From the NCBI GenBank assembly GCA_963666735.1, contig OY762926.1:2464001-2528000 (forward strand): DNA of 64,000 nucleotides. Reading direction: 5' to 3'. How positions within the stretch are numbered: the stretch's first letter is position 1; each line of letters starts with the position of its first letter. Below, in pieces: positions 39,757 through 49,960 of the stretch. The translations under genes were made by a program, and so were the position numbers. This DNA comes from Gemmatimonadota bacterium. GTDB taxonomy: Bacteria > Gemmatimonadota > Gemmatimonadetes > Palauibacterales > Palauibacteraceae. The notes beneath the pieces were generated by a model, which was not told the DNA's origin, did not search any database, and worked only from the letters and a program-made list of their open reading frames with translations.

Positions 39757-40597
39757 CCCGACGTTCCTTCGACAGCCTGGATCTTTCTGGGCAAATGTAA
39801 GAGCCATCAGCCAAGTGGCTGGCTATTCCGTGCGCGGAACCGGCTACGTATCCGCCCACGGACTGAGCGCCATGGTCCGTGCGGTGGAGCGTAAGGGCCT
39901 CCAAAGCACTCACCTACAAAGCGCCGACGGCCAGCCCACCGCCCTGGGGGCGAAGCTCACCAGCTATTTCCGGTTCCGAGCAAGAATGTTGAACGACTAT
40001 GTTGAGCCTCGCCTAATGGATCTGGAGCGAGCACAGAACGTGTTCGGTGAATTACACGCTCGCTTGGCGCCCCGCTGCCCGATTCCGGCAAATAAGCAGA
40101 GGGGCGAAAAGGCCGGACCAGCCTATTTCACGGGTATCATCAACATGCTCATTGAGCAGCATAGCCAAGGGTGTCCAGTAGATTACGACCCGCGCCAACT
40201 CACGACGGTTACACGAGATGAGAAACCACTGCGAACACTGGCGCGACGTGTGGATGGAGCGTTTCCGGCGCCTTTGAACCCGATCGCCATTTGGGAAATC
40301 AAAGAATATTACTACACGACGACGTTCGGAAGCCGTATTGCAGATGGCGTCTACGAGACCTTGTTGGACGGCATGGAGCTGTCAGAGTTGTTCACGAACG
40401 AGGACGTTCGGGTCGATCACCTGCTAATGATCGATAGCCATCGTACATGGTGGAAATCGGGGCGGTCCTACCTCTGCCGTATCATCGACATGTTGCACAT
40501 GGGTTTCGTCGATGAGGTGCTCTTCGGATATGAAGTCGTCGAGCGGCTCCCCGACGTTGTGGCAAACTGGGTCACCCGATATCGACAGCCCCACTAG
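39746..40597 (+). CDS. Putative type II restriction endonuclease
   Basis: PD-(D/E)xK-like RVDGAFP...WEIKEY; located in the canonical M / C-R layout. Confidence 0.75.
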   Translation: MQPDPTFLRQPGSFWANVRAISQVAGYSVRGTGYVSAHGLSAMVRAVERKGLQSTHLQSADGQPTALGAKLTSYFRFRARMLNDYVEPRLMDLERAQNVFGELHARLAPRCPIPANKQRGEKAGPAYFTGIINMLIEQHSQGCPVDYDPRQLTTVTRDEKPLRTLARRVDGAFPAPLNPIAIWEIKEYYYTTTFGSRIADGVYETLLDGMELSELFTNEDVRVDHLLMIDSHRTWWKSGRSYLCRIIDMLHMGFVDEVLFGYEVVERLPDVVANWVTRYRQPH

Positions 40598-40624
40598 CGA
40601 GACAGTAGTAGCGATTCCGACGGA

Positions 40625-41119
40625 TCAGCTTCGCCGAGCCCGAAGAGACCCGCCGATGAGGACGCCGACGGGGCCGATGACGAGCATCGCGATGGGGTAC
40701 CATGCCGGTCCGTAGGGATCGCCGGAGGCGGAGAGGCCGGCGAGCGAGGCGAGGCTGAAGAAGACGAGAATCGCCGCCAGGACGCCGGCGTGGAGCCGTG
40801 GTGCGCGCGGCGCCGCCCAGGCCGCGAGGAAGCCGGCCAGGATGGTGACCGCGAGACGCACGCCCAGACTCGTGAAGATGAACGCGACGCCCGGCTCCGT
40901 GCCCGGTTCGACGCCGAAGAGCGACAGCAGGAGCCGGCCGGTGAGCACCGAGCCCAGCGTCAGCACGACGAAGCCCAGGATGACGGCCGCGACGCTGCGC
41001 AGGAGCGAGGCATCGTTCATGCGCGACCACGTCTCGACCGCTTCGTCGAGGTCGGGACGGTGGCCAGGCGGAGGTCCCGCCGTAGAGGGTCCGGAAATCG
41101 AGGGTCCGGAAGGGGTCAT
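40625..41119 (-). CDS. Hypothetical 4-TM membrane protein
   Basis: Four hydrophobic segments ending PAWY; ATGA overlap with the CocE gene. Confidence 0.65.
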   Translation of the reverse strand: MTPSGPSISGPSTAGPPPGHRPDLDEAVETWSRMNDASLLRSVAAVILGFVVLTLGSVLTGRLLLSLFGVEPGTEPGVAFIFTSLGVRLAVTILAGFLAAWAAPRAPRLHAGVLAAILVFFSLASLAGLSASGDPYGPAWYPIAMLVIGPVGVLIGGSLRARRS

Positions 41120-43035
41120 CGTGTCCCCTCCACAACGGGCAGGACGATGTGCGATGCCCGGTCGCCGGCGTGGTGGATCATGTTCTCCGCGACCTCCCAT
41201 TCCGTCTCGTCATAGTTGTTGCCGCCCGTGTTCAGGTTGCGGTCGAAGCGGGGGAAGTTGGAACTCGAGACCTCGACCCGCACGCGGTGGCCGGGTGCGA
41301 ACCAGTGCGCCACCGAATGGAGGTCCACCCGGACCGGATAGACTTCGCCTTCCTCCATCATCGCGGGCGCCTCGTATCCGTCGCGGTAGCGCGCCCTCAT
41401 GATGCCCTCGACGATGTTGATCGCCCGTCCATCGGGATGGACGTCGAGGAGCTTCACGGTGAAGTCGGTGTCTGCGGCGCTCGAACTCACGTAGAGCCGG
41501 GCCTCGAGCGGGCCCGCGATCTCGAGGCCGTCGCCGGCGACCGGATCGCCGGTGTAGACGAGGACGTCCTCGCGTTCCTCGATGTCCGACTGGTCGAACG
41601 CCCCCGGCTGGTCGTCGGGGTTCCCGGTGCAGCAGACGGATCCGCCGCGGGAGGGGACGGGATCCCCCGGATCATAGACGAACCGGTCGGGAGGTTCGTC
41701 CGCGGGCGCTTCGGCGGAGAGGGCGCCGTCGCCGAGTCTCGTGTTCGCGTTCCCTCCGCTGCGAAGGTAGAGCCGGGTGGTCTCGACCCCGGGGGGCGGC
41801 CACGTTTCGGCGGCCGCCCACTCGTTCCGGCCCATCACGTAGTAGTGAACCTTCGGGATGTCGGTGATGCCGTTGTCCACGCCCTTCAGCCAGTAGTCGA
41901 ACCAGGCGAGATAGAGCGAACGGTACGGCAGGCGGGCGTCGCCGAAGTCGACGTCCCCGACCACCGTGTGTTCCGTGGCGCGCTCGGACATGCAGTGGCT
42001 GGTGGGAGAGAGGATGACGTACTGGTGCGCGCCGCCCCGGTCGCTCACCGCGTTGTCCCGCATCATCCGCCACTGCTGAAGCGTCTCGTTGGCGCCGAGG
42101 TCGTACCACGAGTTCACGTGGAGCGCCGGCGTGTCGAAGCGGTCGGCGTCGCTCAGGTATCCGAGTCCGTCCCACCATTCGTCGGCGAGCGGCGTGCTCA
42201 GGACCTCTTCCCAGTCCGTGTCGCGGTCGGGGGGGCCGTATTTTCGCATGAGGTCGATGGTGGGAAGCTCGCGGAGCGCGGCGAACATCTCGACCGGGGG
42301 CGGAGGCTCGCCTCCCGGGCGCTTCCGTCCGTTGCCGCGGAACCAGCCGAAGCTCGCGGAGAGCCCGAACGCGCCCCCCTCGAAGATGCCGAAGTAGCCG
42401 TACCGTCCGCCGGCCGATCCGACCGACCCGCCGGCGGCCAGGGGGATGGCGGCGGCGTGCGCCGGGTGGCGCTGCGTCATGAGTTGCGTCTGGTTTTCTC
42501 CCAGGTAGGAACAGCCGAGGGTCCCCACCTTCCCGTTCGACCAGGGCCGGGTCGAAGCCCACTCGACGGCGTCGTAGCCGTCCTCCCGGTCCGCCGCGGA
42601 GAGGAGATAGTCCCCTTCCGACGCATGCTTGCCGCGCACGTCCTGGACGACGACGGCGTACCCCTGCCCCGCGAAGAACCGCGCCGGGGAGATCGCGCCG
42701 GCCCGATAGGTCGCCTTGTCGTACGGCAGCCGGATCATGACGACGGGAAGGCGGTCACCGCGGCCGGCGGGGTCGGCCGGCAGGTAGAGGTCCGTCGCGA
42801 GGCGAACCCCGTCCCGCATGGGGACCATGAGGTCCGTTTCGACCCGCACCTCGAACTGCGCTTCCGGCATCGCATGGGGATCGGCCGGATCCGGCGCGAA
42901 TCGATCAAGGGCGGAGGCGGCGTCCGGTCCGCTTCCGCCATCGGCGAGCCGGGCCGGGGGCGCGTCTCCAGCGCCGGCACAGGCGGTGAGCGCGGCCGCC
43001 AGGGCGATGACGATTCCCGGCCGAGATTTGTCCAT
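41116..43035 (-). CDS. CocE/NonD-family hydrolase (lipoprotein)
   Basis: VPMRDGVRLATD, GCSYLG nucleophile, SSSNFPRFDRNLNTG. Confidence 0.92.
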   Translation of the reverse strand: MDKSRPGIVIALAAALTACAGAGDAPPARLADGGSGPDAASALDRFAPDPADPHAMPEAQFEVRVETDLMVPMRDGVRLATDLYLPADPAGRGDRLPVVMIRLPYDKATYRAGAISPARFFAGQGYAVVVQDVRGKHASEGDYLLSAADREDGYDAVEWASTRPWSNGKVGTLGCSYLGENQTQLMTQRHPAHAAAIPLAAGGSVGSAGGRYGYFGIFEGGAFGLSASFGWFRGNGRKRPGGEPPPPVEMFAALRELPTIDLMRKYGPPDRDTDWEEVLSTPLADEWWDGLGYLSDADRFDTPALHVNSWYDLGANETLQQWRMMRDNAVSDRGGAHQYVILSPTSHCMSERATEHTVVGDVDFGDARLPYRSLYLAWFDYWLKGVDNGITDIPKVHYYVMGRNEWAAAETWPPPGVETTRLYLRSGGNANTRLGDGALSAEAPADEPPDRFVYDPGDPVPSRGGSVCCTGNPDDQPGAFDQSDIEEREDVLVYTGDPVAGDGLEIAGPLEARLYVSSSAADTDFTVKLLDVHPDGRAINIVEGIMRARYRDGYEAPAMMEEGEVYPVRVDLHSVAHWFAPGHRVRVEVSSSNFPRFDRNLNTGGNNYDETEWEVAENMIHHAGDRASHIVLPVVEGTR

Positions 43036-43113
43036 CGGTTCCCACTCCCCAAGATTCACGCGTTCGAGATGTTCTCGAAGATGACACCACGCCCAGCCAC
43101 CGAGCGAGTGACG

Positions 43114-43443
43114 ATGACTTCCGCCGCGGTCGAGACGCTGGACCTGCAGACCATTCCCGGCGTCGGCCCCAGCATCGCGCGCGATCTGACGGAACTCGGC
43201 ATCCGCCGGGTCCGGGATCTCGAAGGCCGCGATCCGCACCGGCTCTACGAACAACTCTCCTCGCGGCGGGGCCAGCGCATGGACCCGTGTGTTCTATACG
43301 TCTTCCGCTGTGCCGTCTACTACGCGGAGACCCATGCCGCGGAGGCCCACGCGGAGACGGGAGCGGCGGACCGCGAGCTGCTCAAGTGGTGGAATTGGAA
43401 GGGCCGGGTCCACGCCAACGAGCGCTCGCGCGCACCCGCCTGA
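43114..43443 (+). CDS. Helix-hairpin-helix protein (Cdd1 / mitomycin-resistance family)
   Basis: IPGVGPSIARDL..LGI, DP..LY, DPCVLYVFRCAV, KWWNW. Confidence 0.8.
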   Translation: MTSAAVETLDLQTIPGVGPSIARDLTELGIRRVRDLEGRDPHRLYEQLSSRRGQRMDPCVLYVFRCAVYYAETHAAEAHAETGAADRELLKWWNWKGRVHANERSRAPA

Positions 43444-43459
43444 CGGACGACCGACTGCC

Positions 43460-43801
43460 ATGGCTTCGGACCTCCACGAGCGCATCTGCAACGTCGTCGC
43501 CCGGATCCCGGCCGGTCGCGTCGCCACCTACGGACAGGTCGCCCAACTCGCCGGACTCGGCGGACAGGCCCGTCTTGTAGGTTACGCGCTCTACGCCTCG
43601 GACCGGCCGCTTCCGTGGCACCGCGTGATCAACGCGCGCGGCGAGATCAGCCCCCGCGGCGACTCCTACTCCGAGATGATCCAGTACCAGTTGCTGGCGA
43701 ACGAAGGGGTGGAGTTCGACAAGTGGGGACGCATCTCGCTCAAGCGCTTCCGCTGGAACGGGGAGATGCCGCCTCCCGCCAGCCCCTCGCCTCCCTCCTG
43801 A
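43460..43801 (+). CDS. Alkyltransferase-like (ATL/MGMT-family) protein
   Basis: IPAGRVATYGQVA, ARLVG, PWHRV (Trp in place of the catalytic Cys). Confidence 0.88.
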   Translation: MASDLHERICNVVARIPAGRVATYGQVAQLAGLGGQARLVGYALYASDRPLPWHRVINARGEISPRGDSYSEMIQYQLLANEGVEFDKWGRISLKRFRWNGEMPPPASPSPPS

Positions 43802-43815
43802 CTCCGGAGCGTCGC

Positions 43816-45426
43816 ATGCGTCGTGACTTCCGCACCCGTACAGCAGCCCGTACAGGCCGTCCGCTGGCCGGCCTCCTCCTCGTCGCGCTGGCCGGCGGCG
43901 GCTTCGAAGCGCCGCTGGGCGCGCAGGACACCCGCGTCGAGACCGCCGCGGGGAACGTCGAGGGCGTCATGGTCGACGGCATCCGCTCCTACCGGGGGAT
44001 TCCGTTCGCGGCGCCTCCCGTGGGGGACAGGCGCTGGAGGCCGCCGCAGCCGGTCGAAGCGTGGGGGCAGCGAACCCTGCGCGCGCACAGCTTCGGCCCG
44101 GAGTGCATGCAGGCCCCCTACGGCGCGGGCTCCTTCTTCGGAGGTCCCCCCGCCCCGACGGCGGAGGACTGCCTGTACCTGAACGTGTGGACCGGCGCCG
44201 CCGACGCCGCCGAGCGACGGCCGGTCATGGTCTGGATCCACGGAGGCGCGCTCACGCGGGGGTCGGGCTCCACCGGCATCTACGACGGAACGGCACTGGC
44301 GGCGAAGGGCGCCGTCGCGGTCACGATCAACTACCGGCTCGGACCGTTCGGATACCTCGCGCATCCGCTCCTCTCGGCCGAGTCAGAACACGGATCTTCC
44401 GGCAACTACGGCGTTCTCGACCAGGTCGCCGCGCTGGAGTGGGTGCGCGACAACATCGCGGCCTTCGGCGGGGACCCGGACCGCGTGACGATTTTCGGCG
44501 AGTCGGCCGGGTCGTGGAGCGTGAACACGCTGATGGCGACGCCGCTGGCGGCGGGACTCTTCCACCGCGCCATCGGACAGAGCGGGGGGCGGTTCGGCCC
44601 CATGATGCGTCTCTCGGAGGCGCCGGAGGGCGGACGCTCGGCCGAAGAGACCGGGGCCGCGTTTCTCGGGGCGCTCGGGGCGGAGACCCCGGAGGATATG
44701 CGGAAGCTCTCGGCCGCAACCGTGATGGCGGGGCTCGCCACGCCGGCCGGGCGCGGCTTCAGGACGGCGGAGAACGTGGACGGCTGGGTGTTGCCGACGG
44801 ACGTGACGACGGCGTTCGCCGAGGGAACGCACAACAACGTTCCGGTGCTCGTCGGGTTCAACGCGGATGAGATGACCTCGCTCTCGTCGCCGAGAGCCGT
44901 GCCGGAGACGCTCGACGCGTGGCGCGAGTGGGTCGCCGGGCGCGTGGGCGACGATGCGGCGAGCTTCGACGCCGCCTACCCGGTGGGGGAGGAGGGCGAA
45001 ATCTTCGACGCCTTCATGCGAAGCCGCGGCGACGCGCTGTTCGGCATCCAGATGCGGACATGGGCGCGGGCGTCGGAAGCCGCCGGCGCGGATGCCTGGC
45101 TCTACTACTTCACGCACGAGCCGCCCGGACCCGCGAAGAACTATCTCAAGTCGTACCACGCGGCCGAGATCGTGTACGCGTTCGGCAACGTCGATCCCGG
45201 CGAACGGGAGGCCGCGGACCGTCGGTTGGCGCGTACGATGGCCTCCTACTGGGTCAACTTCGCCGCGAACGGCGACCCGAACGGTCCCGGACTGCCGCCG
45301 TGGCCGGCCTACACGCGCGACTCCGAGGCGCATCTCGTACTCGGGCCGACGGTCGAGGCGGGAAGCAGCCTGCGCGCGGTCCAACTGGACTTCTGGGATC
45401 GCCGACTCCGGGCCGGCACGCCGTGA
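43816..45426 (+). CDS. Type B carboxylesterase
   Basis: EDCLYLNVW, WIHGG, FGESAG. Confidence 0.92.
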   Translation: MRRDFRTRTAARTGRPLAGLLLVALAGGGFEAPLGAQDTRVETAAGNVEGVMVDGIRSYRGIPFAAPPVGDRRWRPPQPVEAWGQRTLRAHSFGPECMQAPYGAGSFFGGPPAPTAEDCLYLNVWTGAADAAERRPVMVWIHGGALTRGSGSTGIYDGTALAAKGAVAVTINYRLGPFGYLAHPLLSAESEHGSSGNYGVLDQVAALEWVRDNIAAFGGDPDRVTIFGESAGSWSVNTLMATPLAAGLFHRAIGQSGGRFGPMMRLSEAPEGGRSAEETGAAFLGALGAETPEDMRKLSAATVMAGLATPAGRGFRTAENVDGWVLPTDVTTAFAEGTHNNVPVLVGFNADEMTSLSSPRAVPETLDAWREWVAGRVGDDAASFDAAYPVGEEGEIFDAFMRSRGDALFGIQMRTWARASEAAGADAWLYYFTHEPPGPAKNYLKSYHAAEIVYAFGNVDPGEREAADRRLARTMASYWVNFAANGDPNGPGLPPWPAYTRDSEAHLVLGPTVEAGSSLRAVQLDFWDRRLRAGTP

Positions 45427-45454
45427 AGGCGCCTCAGGCCGACGGGTCGTACCG

Positions 45455-46114
45455 ATGACCGGACCGCTCTGCCGGCGGCTCGCCGCGATCCGCGCGGAGA
45501 AGGAAGGCGCGCGCCCGGCAGCCCTGACCGCGGTCATGAGCGACGGCACGGAGGCACTGCGGAGTTCCGGCATCCTCGACGGGATTCCCGGGGTGGGCGA
45601 CCGGGCGCCCTTGTTCGCACGGCCGAGCGTGGCCGGCCCCACGGTCCGGTTGAAGACGCTCCTCAAGCGCGGATCCGTCGTGCTGAGCTTCTTCCGCGGC
45701 CGCTGGTGACCGTACTGCCGCGAAGGGCAGGTTGCTCTTCAGTCGGTTCTTCCAGAGATCGAGGCGAAAGGCGCCCGCCTCGTTACGCTCTCTCCGCAAC
45801 TCGCGGAGTTCGCGCGCGGCTGGATCGAGGAGGACGGCATCGGGTTCGACGTCCTGCTCGACCTCGGATTGGGCGTGGCTCGTGACTACGGCCTGACGTT
45901 CAGGGTCGAGGGCGAACTGCGCGCGCTCTACCACGACAAGCTCGGCATCGACCTCGCCCGCTTCAACGGCGACGAGTCGTGGGAACTTCCGCTCACGTCC
46001 ACCTTCGTCATCGACCGGGACGGAACGATCGCGTACGCCTCCGCCGACCCCGACTACACGGTGCGCGCCGAACCGGACGAGGTCGTCGCCGCGATCCCAA
46101 CGTTCGACTCGTAG
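45455..46114 (+). CDS. AhpC/TSA peroxiredoxin-like selenoprotein (UxxC), 219 aa
   Basis: In-frame TGA at 45707-45709 in FFRGRW-U-PYC. The frame stays open to TAG 46114 with family features (LSPQ, VARDYGL, WELP..TFVIDRDG.I). Confidence 0.85.
45710..45746 (+). promoter_or_regulatory. Putative bacterial SECIS element
   Basis: Hairpin GAAGGGC-AGGTT-GCTCTTC (45722-45740), 12 nt after UGA, with a G-containing apical loop. Confidence 0.7.
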
Positions 46115-46241
46115 CGGCCTACGAGACCGGCCCCCCGTCGCCATCAGGCGGCCCCACGTCCTGTATGACATCATTGATTGCAACGACATCAGTCTGTACA
46201 CTCAGACTGCGAGCGAACTCCAGACCGGCGGTAGCAGAGAC

Positions 46242-46487
46242 GTGGCAAGCATCACAATTCGGAACCTGGGCGACGGAGTGAAGCGTCGGCTTCGGGTTAG
46301 AGCGGCGAAGAACGACCGTTCCATGGAGGAGGAAGCACGGGTGATTCTCCGGAAGGCGGTCGACCGGGAGGAGATGCCCGCGAAGGGCTTGGGAACGGCG
46401 ATCCACGAGCTGTTCGCCCCTCTGGGTGGCGTGGAGCTTGAGATTCCTCCCCGCGAGCCGATGCGTGAACCGCCACGGTTCGACTGA
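46242..46487 (+). CDS. FitA/Arc-like RHH antitoxin
   Basis: ASITIRNL..VKRRLRVRAA..RSMEEEAR.IL. Confidence 0.88.
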   Translation: MASITIRNLGDGVKRRLRVRAAKNDRSMEEEARVILRKAVDREEMPAKGLGTAIHELFAPLGGVELEIPPREPMREPPRFD

Positions 46488-46496
46488 GTCACGCCG

Positions 46497-46919
46497 ATGT
46501 TCGTCCTCGACACGAATGTCGTCTCGGAGTTGATGCGCGGAGTCCCGCAGCCTGAAGTGCTTGCGTGGGTCGACGACCGTGCGAGGCGCGATTTGTTCGT
46601 CACCGCGATTACGGAAGCGGAAGTTCGAACCGGGATCGCCATTCTGCCGGCCGGCAGGCGCCGGCGGGACCTGGCGCATGTGGCGGATCGGTTCTTCGCG
46701 GACTTCTTCACAAACCGAGTGCTGCCGTTCGATGCTTCGGCGGCGAGAGCGTACGCGGTGATCACCGCCGGGCGACGGGCCGCGGGACGCCCGATCGGTC
46801 AACTCGACTGTCAGATCGCGGCCGTCACTCGTTGCCGAGGCGCAGCCCTGGCGACGCGAAACGTGAGGGATTTCGAGGGTACCGGGATCGATGTCCTGGA
46901 TCCCTGGGCCGCAGTCTGA
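46497..46919 (+). CDS. vapC: VapC/FitB PIN-domain toxin
   Basis: LDTNVVSELM, ITEAE, DCQIAA, LATRNVRDF, DPW. Confidence 0.92.
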   Translation: MFVLDTNVVSELMRGVPQPEVLAWVDDRARRDLFVTAITEAEVRTGIAILPAGRRRRDLAHVADRFFADFFTNRVLPFDASAARAYAVITAGRRAAGRPIGQLDCQIAAVTRCRGAALATRNVRDFEGTGIDVLDPWAAV

Positions 46920-46926
46920 CAGCAAC

Positions 46927-48648
46927 TTGCCCGGCATCCTGCGGGAGGTGCGGCTTCTCCATGGGCTCCGGGGGCGCATGCGTGACGGGGTGCGGCTCTC
47001 GGCGGATGTCTATCTGCCCGCTTCCGGAGGCCCTTTCCCCGCCATCCTGACGCGGACGCCTTACGAGAGCGGCCGGGACGTATTCGTCGAGAACGGCGTG
47101 TGGTGGGCGGAGCGCGGGTACGCGTTCGTGGTGCAGGACTGTCGCGGGCGGTCCGAGTCCGAGGGCGTATTCCACGCGTATCTCCCCGAGATCGAGGACG
47201 GGTACGACACCCTGGAGTGGCTGGCCGGGCAGGCGTGGTGCGACGGGAAGATCGGAATGTGGGGGCGCAGCTACGGCGGCCTCACGCAGTGGCTGAGCGC
47301 GCCGCTCGGGAGCCCGCACCTCACCTGCATGGCGCCGCATGTGATCTGCGACGACCACTTCGGGGACTGTCACTACCTCGGCGGCGCCTTCCAACTGCTT
47401 CTGTCGCTCGGCGCGGCCGTGATCTGGGAGACGAACCTCGCGACCGTGACAGGCCCGCAGGCCGCGCGCCTGTTTCAGAACCCGAAGTTCTGGGCCCACC
47501 TGCCCATCATCGAGATGGACGAGCGCGCGATCGGGCGGAAGATCCCGTACTGGAGGGAATGGCTGGAACACCCGACGCGGGACGAGTACTGGCGTCGGCT
47601 CCGGGTCACGGATCGCTACGACCGCGTCACGGCGCCGGTGTTTCAGCAGGGCGGCTGGTACGACGCGTATTCGGGTTCGCTGCTTCGAATGCACGAGGGG
47701 ATGTCGGGCGCCGCGACCCCGCGCGCCCGCACGCAGAGCCGGAGCCTGCTCGGACCCTGGTCGCACGAGATCCCGGAGACGAGGACGGTCGGGGACCTCG
47801 ACTTCGGACCCGGCGCCTGGGTGGACGTGCGGAAGGAGGAGCGGCGCTGGTTCGACTGGCAGCTTCGCGGCATGGACGACGGGATCGGTGAAGACCCGCC
47901 GTTGCGCTGGTTCACGACGGGTGCCAACCGGTGGCGGGGCGGCGCGGGGTGGCCGCCGCCGGGGACGGAGGAAGTGCCTTGGTATCTGCACAGCGACGGG
48001 CGCGCGAACCGGGACGACGACGCGCGCCTCGATCCGGAGCCGCCGGGGGACGAACCCCCCGACCGCTTCGAGTACGATCCGCGCGATCCGGCGCCCTCGC
48101 TCGGGGGCAATCTCTCTTCCCGGCTGATCACGACCCACGCCGAGACGCCGATGCGGGGCGGTCCCGTCGAGCAGGCGCCGATCGAGCGGCGGCCCGACGT
48201 GCTTGTCTATACGTCGCCGGCTCTGGAGGACGATCTCGAGGTCACGGGGCCGGTCGAGGTGGTGCTTTACGCCGAGTCGTCGGGGCCGGACACGGACTTC
48301 GTGGCGCGGGTGACGGATGTCGATCCGGCGGGGGGATCATTCGTGCTGACGGAGGGGATCCTGCGCGCACGGTATCGCGGCGGGTTGAGCCGGACCGAAC
48401 TGCTCGAGCCCGGCGAGGCGGCGGAGCTCCGGATCCGGCTCTACCCGATGAGCCATGTGTTCCGGGCCGGCCACCGGATCCGGCTTCAGGTCACGAGCAG
48501 TTGCTTCCCCCGCTTCAGTCGCAATCTCAACACCGGCGAAGACGTGGGGACCGGCACCCGCATGCGGACGGCCCGCAACACGGTGCTGCACTCGACGGCC
48601 TGTCCCTCGCACGTCCTGCTGCCGGTCCGCGCGGGCTCATCCGGCTGA
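46927..48648 (+). CDS. CocE/NonD-family hydrolase
   Basis: MRDGVRLSAD, GRSYGG, FPRFSRNLNTG. Start uncertain (TTG 46927). Confidence 0.9.
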   Translation: MPGILREVRLLHGLRGRMRDGVRLSADVYLPASGGPFPAILTRTPYESGRDVFVENGVWWAERGYAFVVQDCRGRSESEGVFHAYLPEIEDGYDTLEWLAGQAWCDGKIGMWGRSYGGLTQWLSAPLGSPHLTCMAPHVICDDHFGDCHYLGGAFQLLLSLGAAVIWETNLATVTGPQAARLFQNPKFWAHLPIIEMDERAIGRKIPYWREWLEHPTRDEYWRRLRVTDRYDRVTAPVFQQGGWYDAYSGSLLRMHEGMSGAATPRARTQSRSLLGPWSHEIPETRTVGDLDFGPGAWVDVRKEERRWFDWQLRGMDDGIGEDPPLRWFTTGANRWRGGAGWPPPGTEEVPWYLHSDGRANRDDDARLDPEPPGDEPPDRFEYDPRDPAPSLGGNLSSRLITTHAETPMRGGPVEQAPIERRPDVLVYTSPALEDDLEVTGPVEVVLYAESSGPDTDFVARVTDVDPAGGSFVLTEGILRARYRGGLSRTELLEPGEAAELRIRLYPMSHVFRAGHRIRLQVTSSCFPRFSRNLNTGEDVGTGTRMRTARNTVLHSTACPSHVLLPVRAGSSG

Positions 48649-49665
48649 ACTCGCCAGGTGCCGCGGTTCGGTCGCCGGGAGCGTCTCCCTCAGAGCGACC
48701 TCGTAGGCGGGCGAGTGGAGCAGAAACGCATCGTGTCCGGCCTCCGAGCGCAGGAGGCGAAGTCCCGCCGGCGCCCCGGCCCGGCGCGCCGTCTCCGTTA
48801 TCAGCCAGGACGGGACGAGGGTGTCCTCCTCCCACCCGATGAACCACGCGGGCACCGCAAGATCTTCCGGCCTCAACTCGCACAGGTCGATGGACGCGGA
48901 CAGGGTCAGATAGGTCTCGGCATCGAACCGTTCCGCGAACTCATCGCCGCGTTTCCGCAGAAAACGGTCGATGGCGTGGACCGGCGTCCCGTCCTCCCAC
49001 TCCCAGTCGAACGGGAAGCGGGCATCGAGTCCCTCGGTCGACTTGTAGGTGGTGAACGCCAACGCCCGCGCCAGCGCCACACCCTCGCGACTCCGCCCCT
49101 GCCGGATCGCGAACTCCACGACTCGTCGCTGCACGGAGCGCACGCCGGTCGCCTGCGCGTGGCCGCGGTGCGCGGCGCCGATCAGGACGACGCCGTCCGC
49201 GCGGGCGGGTCGGCGGCAACCGAGAGCCAGCGCGACCATGCCGCCGTACGACGCGCCCAGGACACGGTGCACCCGCCGCGCGCCAAGGTGATCTAGCAGG
49301 GCGACGACGGCATTCGCCTGGTCGCCGGGAGTCACGTGCAACCGTCCCGGGGGTTCGACGGTGCCCGGCGACCCGAGGAAGTCGAACCCCAGCACCTGCC
49401 ACCGGCCGGTGTCGATGGCCAGGCCCGGGCCCACGAGTTTTCGCCACCAGCCCGGCGAAGGGTCCAGTGCGTTGGCGCAGACGTGGCGGTTGGCGGAGAT
49501 CCCGCCCGCGACGACGAGGAGAGGGGCATCCTCGGCGCCGGCGATCTCGTATCGCACCCGGAAACGCGCGTCGACGGCAGTGTCCAGTTCCGGTCTCCAC
49601 GTAGCCGGCATCGGGACGCTGCCCCGTCGCCCCACCGGCAGCCCTTCTGGTAGCACGGCGTTCAA
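48637..49665 (-). CDS. metX: Homoserine O-acyltransferase (short MetX type)
   Basis: GGISA, GWW..LVG, GASYGG, GHDAFL; downstream of a SAM riboswitch. Confidence 0.85.
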   Translation of the reverse strand: MNAVLPEGLPVGRRGSVPMPATWRPELDTAVDARFRVRYEIAGAEDAPLLVVAGGISANRHVCANALDPSPGWWRKLVGPGLAIDTGRWQVLGFDFLGSPGTVEPPGRLHVTPGDQANAVVALLDHLGARRVHRVLGASYGGMVALALGCRRPARADGVVLIGAAHRGHAQATGVRSVQRRVVEFAIRQGRSREGVALARALAFTTYKSTEGLDARFPFDWEWEDGTPVHAIDRFLRKRGDEFAERFDAETYLTLSASIDLCELRPEDLAVPAWFIGWEEDTLVPSWLITETARRAGAPAGLRLLRSEAGHDAFLLHSPAYEVALRETLPATEPRHLASSAG

Positions 49666-49745
49666 CCTGTCTCTCCGTCGCGGGTCGCGTCTGTGGTTCG
49701 CGACGCCAACTCCGGAGCAGTCGACCGACCCGTGCGGGTGCGACG

Positions 49746-49867
49746 CTCATCTCTCGGATCCCCGTTCGAGGGTCCGCAGGAGTTGGCACCGCTGGGCGTG
49801 CATGTGGGCATGCATGCCCCGGTTGCCCCGGCTTCAAAGGGCCCGTCCCTCAGCCGGTCTCGATGAG
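49746..49867 (-). ncRNA. SAM-I (S-box) riboswitch upstream of metX
   Basis: Reverse complement reads CTCATCGAGA..GAGGGACGGGCCC..GAAGCC..GGCAACC...GGTGCCAACTCC...AGATGAG. Confidence 0.93.
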
Positions 49868-49960
49868 TAGCTGCCGAAGCTCGCGGCTCCGGCAACGGGC
49901 GTCAAGAAATGCTCGGCGCGCGCCGCCCCGGCCCCCGGCACGCGCCTCTCCGGCGAATAG

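Noticed and set aside
45869..46114. 81 aa ORF as a separate gene, or the locus as a nonsense pseudogene
   Set aside because: It is in frame with the upstream ORF across a UGA at the catalytic Cys position, and a SECIS-like hairpin is present.
37216..49665. Former metX-metB operon split by a 10-kb insertion
   Set aside because: Same strand and pathway, but the intervening genes are mostly host-like and there is no junction evidence.
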